From Mycobacterium leprae TN (GTDB lineage Bacteria; Actinomycetota; Actinomycetes; Mycobacteriales; Mycobacteriaceae): DNA of 32,000 nucleotides. Positions 1 through 11,347 of the stretch are shown in pieces. Numbering within the stretch: position 1 is the stretch's first letter; each line of letters starts with the position of its first letter. The stretch spans positions 1,080,001 to 1,112,000 of the forward strand of contig NC_002677.1 of assembly GCF_000195855.1 (NCBI RefSeq). The letters are read 5' to 3'. Under the pieces are notes generated by a model that saw only the letters and a list, made by a program, of their open reading frames with translations, had not been told where the DNA came from and did no database searches. The translations under genes were made by a program, and so were the position numbers.

Positions 1-219
1 CTGTTCGTTGCCGAAATCACCTCGGTTGTATTGCAGATTCTGGCTTTCCGGACCACTGGTCGTCGGGTGTTTCGGATGGCGCCGTTCCACCATCATTTCG
101 AATTGGCCGGTTGGGCCGAAACCACTGTGATCATTCGTTTTTGGCTGCTCACAGCGATCGCTTGCGGTCTGGGCGTGGTCCTGTTCTATGGCGAGTGGCT
201 AGCCACCATTGGCGCTTGA
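1..219 (+). CDS. mraY: Phospho-N-acetylmuramoyl-pentapeptide transferase MraY, C-terminal fragment (5' end lies outside the window)
   Basis: Frame 1 is open from base 1. The translation ...[24 protein letters not shown] carries the conserved MraY C-terminal HHHFE motif. It sits directly upstream of murD, as in dcw clusters. Confidence 0.9.
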
Positions 220-1693
220 CGTGCTTGACACACTGGTACCGGGCGCGCCTGTATTAGTAGCTGGTGGCGGGGTGACCGGGCGGGCGGTACTGGCGGCGCT
301 GACCCGTTTTGGCATGGCGGCAACGCTGTGTGACGACGACCCAGCCGCCCTGCAGCAATACGCCGACAACGGGGTGGCTACCGTGAGTGCAGCTACCGCC
401 ACACAACAGATGTTCGAGCGGGGAAGAAAATACGTCCTGGTGGTCACCAGTCCAGGTTTCGCGCCGACCACCCCCGTGCTCGTCGCCGCGTCGGCGGCGC
501 GGGTGCCTATTTGGGGCGATGTGGAGTTAGCTTGGCGACTCGATGCCGCGGGCTACTACGGGCCGCCACGTCGCTGGCTTGTGGTGACGGGTACGAACGG
601 TAAAACGACGACGACGTCAATGCTGCACGCGATGTTGGCGGCAGATAACCGGCGTAGCCTGCTGTGTGGAAACATCGGCCGCCCGGTGCTGGATGTCTTA
701 ACTGAGTTCGCCGAACCCTCGGATTTTCTTGCTGTCGAGCTGTCCAGTTTTCAGCTGCACTGGGCTCCTTCGCTACGGCCGGAGGCCGGCGTGGTGCTCA
801 ACATTGCCGAAGACCACCTCGACTGGCATTCGACAATGGCCGATTACACCATGGCGAAGGCTCGGGTGCTGACCGGCCGGGTGGCGGTGGTTGGGCTGGA
901 CGACAGCCGGGCCGCGGCACTGCTGAGCACGACAGTAGCGCCGGTACGGGTCGGCTTCCGGTTCGGAGAACCAGCTGTGGGCGAGCTCGGGGTGCGTGAC
1001 GGTTATCTCGTTGATCGTGCGTTTGCTGAAGACCTGGCCTTAATGCCGGTTACGTCGATACCGGTGTCGGGCCCGGTCGGAGTTCTCGACGCGTTGGCCG
1101 CTGCGGCACTGGCCCGCAGTGTCGGTGTGGGGGCGACCGCGATCGCCGACGCGGTCGCATTGTTTCGGCTGGGCCGACACCGGGCGGAGGTGGTAGCCGT
1201 TGCTGACGGGATCCGCTACGTTGATGATTCCAAGGCCACCAACCCGCACGCAGCTCTTGTCTCGGTATTAGCCTACCCGCGTGTGGTGTGGGTGGCCGGT
1301 GGCCTACTCAAGGGTGCGTCTGTCGATGCGGAGGTTGCGCGCATGGCGCCTCAGTTGGTCGGCGCGGTGCTGATCGGCCGAGATCGCGCGATGGTTGCCG
1401 AGGCGTTATCACGACACGCGCCCAATGTCCCCGTTGTCCAGGTTGTGGCAGGCGAGGATGCTGGTATGCATGCGGTTGCCGTTGTTTCTGGTACTGATGT
1501 GATAAGCATCAGTGATGTTGGCGGGACTATCGGTACTCGCGTGATGGTTGCGGCCGTGGCGGCGGCCCGGGATTTAGCCCAACCTGGTGACACCGTACTG
1601 CTGGCACCGGCCGGCGCGTCGTTCGACCAATTTAGCGGTTATGCCGACCGCGGTGACACATTCGCAACTGCCGTGCGCGCAGCGATCCGGTAG
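209..1693 (+). CDS. murD: UDP-N-acetylmuramoylalanine--D-glutamate ligase MurD
   Basis: 494-aa ORF with N-terminal [12 protein letters not shown], Mur-ligase P-loop [12 protein letters not shown] and [10 protein letters not shown]. The start is ambiguous: TTG 209 overlaps the mraY stop, and GTG 221 is the alternative. Confidence 0.9.
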
Positions 1694-3304
1694 GTGGGCG
1701 TGGGTAACGCGCTGGGTCGGGATAGGGGTCGGGGCACGGGAGATAACAACAGTGTGCAGGCCGCCACGACCGTGGAGGCGGTTGAGCCCGGCACTGCTAC
1801 GACCGGCGAAGTGTCCGAAGCGGAGGCCAAAAGAGCCGGCTCTCTGAGGGCCGGAGTACGCGGCCCTCAGACTCGGTTCGATGCCTGGCTGGGCCGGCCG
1901 ATGGCCTCCTTTCATCTGATAATTGCTGTGGCTGGATTGCTGACGGCATTAGGTCTGATAATGGTGTTGTCGGCCTCAGGTGTGCGGTCCTACGGCGACG
2001 ACGGATCGGCTTGGATCATTTTCGGCAAACAGGTTTTGTGGACGATCATCGGTCTCATCGGTGGTTATTCCTCATTGTGGATGTCGATACGGTTCATCCG
2101 GCGCATTGCATTCTTTAGTTATGTCATCACCATCATTTTGCTGGTGCTGGTGCTCATCCCGGGAATTGGCAATCTCGCCAACGGGTCGCGTAAATGGTTT
2201 GTGATCGCCGGCTTTTCGATGCAGCCTTCCGAGCTGGCCAAGATTGCTTTCGTCATTTGGGGTGCGCATCTGCTGGCTGCTCGCCGGATGGAACGAGCGT
2301 CGCTGCGCGAGATGCTTATTCCGTTGGTGCCGGCCGCGGTCATCGCGCTGGGACTGATCGTGGCTCAGCCTGATCTCGGGCAGACGGTGTCGCTGGGCAT
2401 CATCCTTTTGGCCCTGCTCTGGTACGCTGGGCTGCCGCTGCGCGTTTTCATCACATCGTTGCTCGCGGTCTTTATTGCGGGAGCGATCCTGGCGATGTCC
2501 GCGGGTTATCGGTCAGAACGGGTGCGGTCCTGGATGAATCCCGAGGCCGATCCTCAAGACACCGGCTACCAGGCTCGGCAAGCAAAATTCGCGCTGGCCC
2601 ACGGAGGCATTTTCGGCGACGGTCTTGGCCAGGGTGTTGCCAAGTGGAACTATCTGCCCAACGCTCACAACGATTTCATTTTCGCGATCATCGGCGAGGA
2701 ACTCGGCTTGGTTGGTGCGTTGGGACTGTTGGGACTTTTCGGGCTGTTCGCCTACACTGGAATGCGGATCGCGCGGCGGTCGGCCGATCCTTTCCTGCGG
2801 CTGCTGACCGCCACCACGACTATGTGGGTGCTGGGCCAGGCGTTTATCAACATCGGCTATGTGATCGGGGTGTTGCCGGTGACTGGTTTGCAGCTGCCTT
2901 TCATCTCTGCCGGTGGAACATCGGCGGCAGCAATACTTTTCATGATCGGCATCATGGCCAACGCGGCTCGCCACGAGCCAGAGGCGGTGGCGGCGCTGCG
3001 GGCCGGGCGTGATGACAAGGTGAACCAGCTGCTACGGCTGCCGCTGCCGGTGCCGTATCTGCCACCCCGGGTGGAGACGTTCCGCGACCGCAAACAGGTT
3101 CGCCCGCAACCCGGCAAGGCGTCGGTTGGCCGCAAGCCCGCCCGCAAAGCCCCCCGGGAGCCTGACCGGCCGCTGCGGCCGGCATTCCCCCGAGTGGCTG
3201 ATCGACTGGAGCACCGATCAGGGCAGTATAGAGCTGGTCAGCTGCGTGCCGGTCAACGTTATACACCGCGCGTTCGTGTATTCGAAGGTCAGCGTTACGG
3301 GTGA
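1694..3304 (+). CDS. ftsW: SEDS-family cell division protein FtsW with a long basic Pro/Arg-rich C-terminal tail
   Basis: 536-aa multi-TM ORF with SEDS motifs [25 protein letters not shown] and [13 protein letters not shown] 1694 follows the murD stop with no spacer. The exact start is uncertain. Confidence 0.9.
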
Positions 3305-4524
3305 ACAACTCGGTTAGGGAGCCGACCCGCGGGCGAAGGGGCAGCCCGCCGGTCGCCGATGCCGCATTATCGGTTAATCCCCCCTTGTCGGTTGTGCTGG
3401 CGGGCGGCGGTACCGCCGGCCATGTGGAGCCCGCAATGGCCGTTGCCGATGCACTCAGAGCGCTGGATCCACAGGTCCGGATCACCGCGTTGGGCACTTC
3501 GCGTGGGCTGGAGACCAGGCTAGTACCCGAGCGTGGCTACCACCTCGAGTTGATCACACCGGTGCCATTGCCGCGTAAGCTTACCGGCGACCTGGCCCGG
3601 CTCCCATTACGAGTGTGGCGTGCCGTCCGAGAGACCCGCGCGGTGTTCGAAGTCGTCGAGGCCCATGTGGTGGTGGGTTTCGGTGGGTACGTGGCACTGC
3701 CAGCGTACCTCGCCGCACGTGGTATCCCCAGGGTGCGGCGTCGTATCCCGGTGGTGGTTCACGAGGCCAACGCCCGGGCCGGCATCGCCAATCGTGTCGG
3801 TGTGCGTACTGCCGAACGGGTGCTTTCGGCAGTACCCGGTTCCGGATTACGTGGTGCCGAGGTGGTGGGAGTGCCGATCCACGCGACCATTACTACGCTG
3901 AACCGCCCGGCATTGCGAGCTGACGCCCGCAAGCATTTTGGCTTCACCGACGACGCGCGGGTGTTGTTGGTTTTCGGTGGTTCTCAGGGTGCAGTTTCGC
4001 TGAATCGGGCGGTTGCCGGTGCTGCCGAGGACCTGGCCGCCTCGGGAGTGGCCGTGCTGCATGCCTACGGACTCAAGAACACCCTCGAGCTGCGCACACC
4101 CGAGTACGGTGAGCCGCCGTACGTCGCGGTGCCCTACCTTGACCGAATGGACTTAGCGTACGCCGCCGCTGACCTGGTGATTTGTCGGTCCGGAGCAATG
4201 ACGGTCGCCGAAGTGTCGGCCGTCGGCTTGCCAGCCATCTATGTACCGTTCCCAATTGGCAACGGTGAGCAACGGCTCAATGCACTGCCGGTGGTTAACG
4301 CCGGCGGCGGCCTGGTGGTCGCCGACGCTGACTTGACGCCCGGTCTGGTGGCGCGGCAAGTTGTCAGGTTGTTCAGCGATCCGGCGCAGCTGGCGGCAAT
4401 GACGGCGGCCGCCGCGCGAGTGGGACATCGCGATGCGGCACATCATGTCGCCAAGGTGGCACTGGATCTGGCACGTGCAGAGCGTGACACGGCGTCAGGA
4501 CGGTCGGCCGGAGGGAAACCGTGA
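3301..4524 (+). CDS. murG: UDP-N-acetylglucosamine--N-acetylmuramyl-(pentapeptide) pyrophosphoryl-undecaprenol GlcNAc transferase MurG
   Basis: 407-aa ORF with the N-terminal [10 protein letters not shown] glycine loop, FGGSQGA, and [19 protein letters not shown]...EQRLNA. Its GTG start overlaps the ftsW stop (GTGA). Confidence 0.92.
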
Positions 4525-6008
4525 ACGCCGGCCAGTTGCCGCCCGAGTTGCAGCGGGTGCACATGGTGGGCATTGGGGGATCCGGGATGTCGGGTATTGC
4601 GCGCATCCTGTTAGACCGGGGCGGTCTGGTGTCTGGCTCAGATGCCAAGGAGTCGCGTGTTGTGCACGCACTGCGGGCGCGCGGCGCGCTGATCCGCATC
4701 GGACATGATGCGTCATTGCTGGACTTGCTGCCTGGCGGCGCTACCGCAGTCATTACCATCCGCACTGCCATCCCCAAGACTAACCCCGAGCTGGTCGAAG
4801 CCCGGAGGCGCGGCATTCCGGTTCTATTGCGATCGGCCGTGTTGGCCAGGCTGATGGATGGGTGTACCACGCTGATGGTTGCTGGCACACACGGCAAGAC
4901 TACGACGACGTCGATGCTCGTTGTGGCCCTGCAGCACTGTGGATGTGACCCATCCTTCGTGGTTGGCGGTGAGCTTGCCGTGGTGGGCACCAACGCCCAC
5001 CACGGCCTCGGCGCCTGCTTCGTTGCCGAGGCCGACGAAAGCGATGGCTCGTTACTGGAATACACGCCCAACGTAGCGGTGGTCACCAACATCGACTCCG
5101 ATCACTTGGATTTCTACGGTAGTGTCGATGCTTATATCAGGGTGTTCGACTCCTTCGTGGAGCGATTCGCACTGGGGGGAGCGCTCGTGGTGTGCAACGA
5201 CGATCCTGGGGCGGCCGCGCTGGCCCGGCGCACCGCCGAGCTTGGGATCCGGGTGTTGCGCTACGGCTCCGACGACCGGATAGGTGAGACCTTGGCCGCC
5301 AGGTTGTTGTCGTGGGAGCAACAGGGCACCGGAGCGGTCGCGCACATCCAGTTGGCTGGTCAACCAAACTCACGGGTGATGCGGCTACCGGTACCTGGGC
5401 GACACATGGCGCTCAATGCGCTAGGTGCGTTGCTGGCGGCGATCGAGATTGGTGCGTCGACCGATGAAGTGCTCGACGGGCTGGCTGGTTTCAGGGGTGT
5501 GCGTCGCCGCTTCGAACTGGTTGGGACTTCAGGAGTCGGCCAGGCCTCAAACTCGCTGGTGCGGGTGTTCGACGACTACGCACACCATCCAACGGAGATC
5601 AGCGCGACGCTAGCGGCGTTCCGTATAATGCTTGAGCAGAGCGGCGGCGGACGCTGCATCGTGGTGTTTCAGCCCCACCTATATTCGCGGACAAAGGCTT
5701 TGTCCAGAGAATTTGGTCGTGCCCTGAGTGCTGCCGATGAGGTGTTCATCGTTGGTGTCAACGGTGCCCGCGAACAACCGCTTGCTGGCGTCAGCGGAGC
5801 TAGTGTTGCTAAACATGTCAGCGTGCCGGTGCGCTATATACCAGACTATTCGGCGGTCGTCATAGAGGTTGCTGCTGCGGCTGGCCCCGGCGACGTCATC
5901 GTTACGATGGGTATCGGCGACGTGGGCCTGCTGGGGCCGGAGATCGTTGCCGCGCTGCGGGTCCGGGCCAACTGCAACACTCCCGGCTGTTCGGGAGTGT
6001 TGCAGTGA
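4521..6008 (+). CDS. murC: UDP-N-acetylmuramate--L-alanine ligase MurC
   Basis: 495-aa ORF with [22 protein letters not shown] and [10 protein letters not shown]. Its GTG start overlaps the murG stop (GTGA). Confidence 0.92.
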
Positions 6009-7030
6009 CAGAGACGGACGAGGGTGCACCAGTCAACCATTCGGCGACGATGTGGGCTGTAGTGGGGGTGCCGCCCGTTTGCGGGGGACAACCGGGCGAT
6101 TCGGGTGTGGTGGCGGGGACCTCCAGAGCCTTGGTCGATGCTGCGATCATTGCACCGGTCACGACCCTAACGCGAGACGAGCCAGCGCAGTATGACCGCT
6201 ACGAGTTCGAGGGGCCTCGCCGACGGGCCCGCCGTGAGCGGGCTGAGCGCCGTGCCGCGCAGGCGTGTGCCATCGCGATCGAAGAAGCCCGCCGTGAGGC
6301 CAAACACCGTATTCATAGGCAGATGAGCAGCGAGGCCAACTCTCCCAAACCGGTTGCGCGCGGGGTTGTTCGGGGCCTGAAGACGCTGTTCGCTACGGTG
6401 ATGTTTAGTATCGCCGGTTTTGGGCTTGGGTTGGCCCTCTATGTAACGCCGGCGATGTCAGTGCGCAACATCGTGGTCACCGGGATTGAGACGGTGACCC
6501 GCGAGGAGGTCCTCGACGCGGCCGGGGTGCAGCTTGGGACACCGCTCCTGCAGATCAACACCAACCAGGTAGCTGATCAGGTAGCAGCGATCCGGCGAGT
6601 GGCTAGCGCGCGGGCACAGCGTCAGTACCCTTCAGCGCTGCGGATTACCATTGTTGAGCGGGTGCCGGTGGTGGTGAAGGACTTTCCCGATGGCCCGCAC
6701 CTTTTTGACTGCGATGGCGTCGACTTTGCGACCGCTCCGCCACCACCGGCGTTGCCTTATATCGATGTCGGTCATCCCGGACCGATCGATCCGGCGACCA
6801 AGGCTGCGCTGGTGGTACTGCTCGCGTTGCGTCCTGAGGTTGTAAGTCAGGTGGCCCGGATCGCAGCTCCGTCGGTGTCGTCGATCACCCTTATCCTGAC
6901 GGACGGGCGGGCGGTGATCTGGGGGAGTACCGACCGCGCCGAGGAGAAAGCCGAGAAGCTGGCTGCGCTATTGACGCAGCCCGGACGGACATACGACGTG
7001 TCTAGCCCTGATTTGCCGACCGTGAAATAG
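6005..7030 (+). CDS. ftsQ: Cell division protein FtsQ (POTRA/FtsQ-type) with a ~120-aa charged N-terminal extension
   Basis: 341-aa ORF. It has a single TM helix ([21 protein letters not shown]) followed by a POTRA-like [23 protein letters not shown] segment. Its position between murC and ftsZ fits. Its GTG start overlaps the murC stop (GTGA). Confidence 0.85.
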
Positions 7031-7292
7031 AGCGACCGGGTATGTACCCGTCAAACGTGGCGTTGGCATCATGATAGACCGCAGAAAAAAACCGTGGCGC
7101 ATCGGCGCGCCTGCTCGGTTAACACCCGTCGTAGCCATACGGTGCTGCTTACACGGAGCTACTTGACATAACTCTAAGTCTATGGTTGAGGTTGATGGTT
7201 TGCCAAGTAGACACACCGCCGGGAGGAACCCACACCCACCAGGGAGCCCAAACTAGCCAGGGCAAGTTTAGTCCCACCACGGAGGAAGACGA

Positions 7293-8435
7293 ATGATGAC
7301 CCCCCCGCATAATTACCTTGCTGTTATCAAGGTTGTGGGCATCGGTGGCGGTGGTGTCAACGCCGTCAACCGGATGATTGAGCAGGGCCTCAAGGGTGTG
7401 GAGTTCATGGCGATTAACACCGATGCGCAGGCGTTGTTGATGAGCGATGCCGACGTCAAGCTCGATGTCGGGCGGGACTCCACTCGGGGGTTGGGTGCCG
7501 GTGCGGACCCGGAGGTCGGGCGCAAGGCCGCCGAAGACGCCAAGGATGAGATCGAAGAACTGCTGCGCGGGGCGGACATGGTGTTCGTCACGGCGGGTGA
7601 AGGCGGGGGAACCGGCACCGGAGGGGCACCCGTCATCGCGAGCATCGCTCGCAAACTGGGCGCGTTGACTGTCGGTGTGGTCACCCGGCCGTTCTCGTTC
7701 GAGGGCAAGCGGCGCAGTAATCAGGCCGAGAACGGTATCGCGGCGTTGCGGGAGAGCTGCGATACCCTTATCGTAATCCCCAATGACCGATTGCTACAGA
7801 TGGGCGATACTGCAGTATCCTTGATGGATGCTTTCCGCAGCGCTGATGAGGTGCTGTTGAACGGCGTGCAAGGCATCACCGATCTGATCACCACGCCGGG
7901 GCTGATCAACGTAGATTTCGCCGACGTCAAGGGCATCATGTCGGGTGCGGGCACCGCGTTGATGGGCATCGGTTCAGCGCGCGGGGATGGTCGGTCGCTC
8001 AAGGCCGCCGAAATCGCTATCAACTCCCCCCTGCTGGAAGCGTCGATGGAAGGCGCGCAGGGGGTGCTGATGTCGATCGCCGGCGGCAGCGACCTAGGCT
8101 TGTTCGAGATCAACGAGGCGGCGTCGTTAGTGCAGGACGCCGCTCATCCGGACGCCAACATCATTTTCGGTACCGTCATCGACGATTCGCTGGGTGACGA
8201 GGTACGGGTCACTGTGATCGCGGCGGGCTTTGAAGCCAACGGACCGGGCCGCACGCCCGTGATGGGCAGTACTGGAGGCGCGCACCGGATCGAGTCGGCG
8301 AAGGCCGGCGCGCTCACTTCGACTTTGTTCGAGCCTGTCGACGCTGCTAGTGCGCCGCTACACACCAACGGTGCGGCTCTGAGTATCGGTGGCGATGATG
8401 ACGATGTAGACGTGCCGCCGTTCATGCGTCGCTGA
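7293..8435 (+). CDS. ftsZ: Tubulin-like cell division GTPase FtsZ
   Basis: [13 protein letters not shown], tubulin signature [11 protein letters not shown], and the conserved C-terminal peptide [19 protein letters not shown] at 7281-7286 precedes tandem ATGs at 7293 and 7296. Confidence 0.97.
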   Translation: MMTPPHNYLAVIKVVGIGGGGVNAVNRMIEQGLKGVEFMAINTDAQALLMSDADVKLDVGRDSTRGLGAGADPEVGRKAAEDAKDEIEELLRGADMVFVTAGEGGGTGTGGAPVIASIARKLGALTVGVVTRPFSFEGKRRSNQAENGIAALRESCDTLIVIPNDRLLQMGDTAVSLMDAFRSADEVLLNGVQGITDLITTPGLINVDFADVKGIMSGAGTALMGIGSARGDGRSLKAAEIAINSPLLEASMEGAQGVLMSIAGGSDLGLFEINEAASLVQDAAHPDANIIFGTVIDDSLGDEVRVTVIAAGFEANGPGRTPVMGSTGGAHRIESAKAGALTSTLFEPVDAASAPLHTNGAALSIGGDDDDVDVPPFMRR

Positions 8436-8457
8436 CGCCGGGGCCGGGACCTTTGAA

Positions 8458-9207
8458 GTGGGAGGATTTGCCGATACTGGACAGGTGAGCGTTCGCATCC
8501 GTTGGGTGATCACAATGCGGGCGGGTGGTGTTTTGGTATCCCCGTTCGATTTCTTGGACCTTGGCGACCATGTCGGTGACGACCCCGACTGCGGTGGTCA
8601 CTTATCCCGTGCTTGGCTGGTTGCCGCCATTGGACTGGGTGTCGACCGGGTGGTGTGGATGAGTCAGGTTCATGGTGATCGAGTCAAGGTGGTTCATGAG
8701 CCGTGTGACGCCGTGGTCGATAATACCGACGCCTTGGTGACCAGAACATCTCAGCCGGCGTTGCCGGTCGTCACGATCCACTGTGTGCCAGTGTTGCTGT
8801 CCGATGCACGTCCCGGAGTGACTGCGGCGGTCCACGTCGGGGAGGGTCGGGGTTCAGCGAGGTGTGCTAGCCCGTGCGATGGATATGATGCTGGGCCTGG
8901 GTGCGTACGTTGGAGACGAGACATTGCAGTGCTGCTCGGTCCGGCTGTTAGTGGCCGCAACTATGAGGTGCCCGTAGTGATAGCCGACGGAGTCGAAGCG
9001 GCATCGCCAGACAGCTGCACCACCACCAGGATCTCAGCCGGAACTCCCGGCCTTGATCTACGGACCGGAATCGCTTGCCAGTTCCGCGATTTGGGTGTCA
9101 TGTCGATCGAAGACGATCCGCGCCGCACGGTGGCTGATCGGGCGCTGTTCAGTCATCTCCAGACCGTGTCAACAGGGCGACTGGCTTCGCTGGTCTGGAT
9201 GGAGTGA
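8458..9207 (+). CDS. yfiH: YfiH/PgeF (DUF152, Cu-oxidase_4) family protein. The ORF is intact but locally aberrant and may be decaying.
   Basis: 249-aa ORF at the conserved post-ftsZ position. Family landmarks QVHGDRV, a Cys motif (TIHCVPV where the family has ADC.P) and AVHVGEGRG (family HAGWRG) are present. A Cys/Arg/Gly-rich stretch, GRGSARCASPCDGYDAGPGCVRWRRD, looks like out-of-frame translation. Confidence 0.6.
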   Translation: MGGFADTGQVSVRIRWVITMRAGGVLVSPFDFLDLGDHVGDDPDCGGHLSRAWLVAAIGLGVDRVVWMSQVHGDRVKVVHEPCDAVVDNTDALVTRTSQPALPVVTIHCVPVLLSDARPGVTAAVHVGEGRGSARCASPCDGYDAGPGCVRWRRDIAVLLGPAVSGRNYEVPVVIADGVEAASPDSCTTTRISAGTPGLDLRTGIACQFRDLGVMSIEDDPRRTVADRALFSHLQTVSTGRLASLVWME

Positions 9208-9986
9208 CCGCCATGGCGGCGGATATTGACCTGCAGGGCGACCGCGAATCCGAATTAATGCATGCGCTAGCGACGGTGCGTTCCCGGCTTGCGGCAGCTT
9301 CGCAAGCCGCGGGGCGCAATGTCGGCGAAATCGAACTTCTACCTATTAGTAAATTCTTTCCAGCAACTGATGTTGCGATTTTGTCTCGATTGGGTTGTCG
9401 GTCTGTTGGTGAATCGCGGGCACAGGAAGCTTCAACGAAAGCTGCTGAATTCGCTGAACTGTTAGGGGTTTCTCGGGAAGAGAAATCGAGTATTCACTGG
9501 CACATGGTGGGTCAAATTCAACGCAACAAGGTGCGGTCGCTGGCGCAGTGGGCGCACACTGCTCATTCGATCGACAGCTTGCAATTGGTCGCTGCGCTCG
9601 ATCGGGCGGTAGCAGCGGCGTTGGCCGGCGGTCGTCGCGAGCAGCCGTTGCAGGTCTATGTCCAGATAAGTCTCGACGGAGACATATCGCGCGGTGGTGT
9701 CAACGTCACTGCGCCCGGCGCAGTTGACCGGGTCTGCGCACAGGTCGAGGAGTCGAAAAGCCTGGAGTTGGTCGGGTTGATGGGCATCCCGCCGTTGGGG
9801 TGGAATCCCGACCAGGCTTTTGAGCAGTTGCGATTGGAACATCGCCGGGTGCTGCGGTCACATCCGGATGCGATCGGGCTGTCCGCTGGCATGTCTAACG
9901 ATTTTGAGATAGCGGTCAAACATGGTTCGACGTGTGTGCGTGTCGGTACCGCGCTATTGGGTCCAAGCCGGTTACGGTCGCCGTAA
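9204..9986 (+). CDS. ylmE: YggS/YlmE-family pyridoxal-phosphate-binding protein
   Basis: 260-aa ORF with PISKFFP (PLP lysine context), WHMVGQIQRNK, GLMGIPP and LSAGMSNDFEIAVKHGSTCVRVGTALLG. GTG 9204 overlaps the upstream stop (GTGA); ATG 9213 is an alternative start. Confidence 0.85.
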   Translation: MTAMAADIDLQGDRESELMHALATVRSRLAAASQAAGRNVGEIELLPISKFFPATDVAILSRLGCRSVGESRAQEASTKAAEFAELLGVSREEKSSIHWHMVGQIQRNKVRSLAQWAHTAHSIDSLQLVAALDRAVAAALAGGRREQPLQVYVQISLDGDISRGGVNVTAPGAVDRVCAQVEESKSLELVGLMGIPPLGWNPDQAFEQLRLEHRRVLRSHPDAIGLSAGMSNDFEIAVKHGSTCVRVGTALLGPSRLRSP

Positions 9987-10053
9987 GTAGTCACTGTAGT
10001 CACATCTTCATCACAGACACCAGAGCTTTCAGGCCTAGATAGGGGGTCACGCA

Positions 10054-10686
10054 ATGAGCACACTGCACAAGGTCAAGGCCTATTTCGGAATGGCTCCGAT
10101 GGAAGACTACGACGACGAGTACTACGACGATCGTTCTCCCACTCACGGTTACGGGCGTTCTCGGTTTGAGGAAGGGTACGGCCGTTATGAAGGGCGCGAC
10201 TACAGCGACCTGCGTGGAGACCCGACCGGCTATCTGCCGCTCGGGTACCGTGGCGGCTATGGGGATGAGCACCGCTTCCGCCCTCGTGAATTTGACCGGC
10301 CTGACCTGAGCCGCCCGCGCTTGGGATCGTGGTTGCGAAATTCCACCCGCGGAGCTTTGGCTATGGATCCGCGCCGGATGGCTATGCTGTTTGACGAAGG
10401 TAGCCCGCTGTCGAAGATTACCACGCTGCGGCCTAAGGACTACAGTGAGGCGCGCACTATCGGCGAGCGGTTTCGAGATGGCACCCCGGTTATCATCGAT
10501 TTGGTGTCGATGGACAATGCTGACGCTAAACGCCTGGTCGATTTCGCCGCGGGCTTGGCCTTTGCGTTGCGTGGATCCTTCGACAAGGTCGCAACCAAGG
10601 TGTTCCTGCTGTCGCCAGCCGACGTCGACGTATCCCCTGAGGAGCGTCGCCGGATCGCCGAAACCGGCTTTTACGCCTACCAATAG
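10054..10686 (+). CDS. sepF: Cell division protein SepF
   Basis: 210-aa ORF with N-terminal [15 protein letters not shown], a disordered Tyr/Asp/Arg-rich linker, and the C-terminal SepF core ([47 protein letters not shown]). Confidence 0.9.
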   Translation: MSTLHKVKAYFGMAPMEDYDDEYYDDRSPTHGYGRSRFEEGYGRYEGRDYSDLRGDPTGYLPLGYRGGYGDEHRFRPREFDRPDLSRPRLGSWLRNSTRGALAMDPRRMAMLFDEGSPLSKITTLRPKDYSEARTIGERFRDGTPVIIDLVSMDNADAKRLVDFAAGLAFALRGSFDKVATKVFLLSPADVDVSPEERRRIAETGFYAYQ

Positions 10687-10810
10687 ATCGGTTTATAATC
10701 AGATCCACCGCAACATATGGGTCCGTCTCCGACCTCCGAGTCGGTATTCTGGCGGTAACCGTACGTGTAGGCGGTGGTTGGTATCTTCATTGGTAAGGTC
10801 GGGCTTTAGT

Positions 10811-11101
10811 TTGGCGTTGTTTTATCAGATCCTTGGATTGGCGCTGTTCGTCTTTTGGCTGCTGCTGATCGCCCGGGTTGTCGTCGAGTTCATACGTTCA
10901 TTTAGCCGTGACTGGCGCCCCAACGGTGTCACTGTTGTGATCTTGGAGACTATCATGTCGATCACCGATCCGCCGGTGAAGCTGTTGCGGCGGTTGATTC
11001 CGCAACTCACCATTGGCGCGGTCCGCTTCGACTTGTCCATCATGGTGCTGTTGCTGGTTGCGTTCATAGGCATGCAATTGGCTTTAAGCGCTGCGGCTTA
11101 A
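10811..11101 (+). CDS. ylmG: YggT/YlmG-family small membrane protein
   Basis: The last 96 codons of the long ORF 10391-11101 encode a two-TM protein (ILGLALFVFWLLLIARVVVEF ... FDLSIMVLLLVAFIGMQLAL) typical of YggT. In-frame TTG 10811 (or TTG 10790) is the likely start. The upstream part of that ORF overlaps sepF and is not credible. Confidence 0.8.
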   Translation: MALFYQILGLALFVFWLLLIARVVVEFIRSFSRDWRPNGVTVVILETIMSITDPPVKLLRRLIPQLTIGAVRFDLSIMVLLLVAFIGMQLALSAAA

Positions 11102-11347
11102 GCCATGCCCCGACGCCCCGGGAGGAGGCGACGGTTCGGCCACGTTTTGGCGACGGTTTGCTCCGTGTGATTTCAAATCTAAGGGTTGGGATTTAATTGG
11201 CCTTACAGTTTGAAATTCTTTACTTAATTTATTAGATAACGGCAACAGCCGGGTCTGGTGTGACAGGATGGACGGTAGTTGCGCGATGGCTACCACGCCG
11301 TTCTACACTTTCCAAATAATTTGACAAGGGACTTGAGGGGACGAACA

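Noticed and set aside
3181-3304. Repetitive RAGQ/GQRY motifs in the FtsW C-terminal tail ([12 protein letters not shown]...EGQRYG)
   Set aside because: This is a short low-complexity basic tail typical of mycobacterial FtsW. There is no evidence of a separate feature.
7163-7191. Perfect TTGACA in the ftsQ-ftsZ spacer, considered as an ftsZ promoter -35
   Set aside because: No acceptable -10 hexamer lies at 16-19 nt spacing: tatggt is only 12 nt away and ttgagg at 17 nt is poor. A promoter probably exists in this 262-bp spacer, but I cannot place it.
10000-10683. 227-aa ORF on the minus strand
   Set aside because: It is exactly antisense to sepF, whose product is unmistakable. Long antisense ORFs are expected in GC-rich coding DNA. 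The same reasoning applies to 4373-5092, 2952-3497, 2513-2974, 7313-7708 and 7721-8113 (minus strand), which are antisense to murG/murC, ftsW and ftsZ.
10391-10810. N-terminal 140 codons of the 236-aa ORF 10391-11101
   Set aside because: This part overlaps sepF out of frame and has Arg/Cys/Ser-rich junk composition. Only the last 96 codons encode the YggT-like membrane protein.
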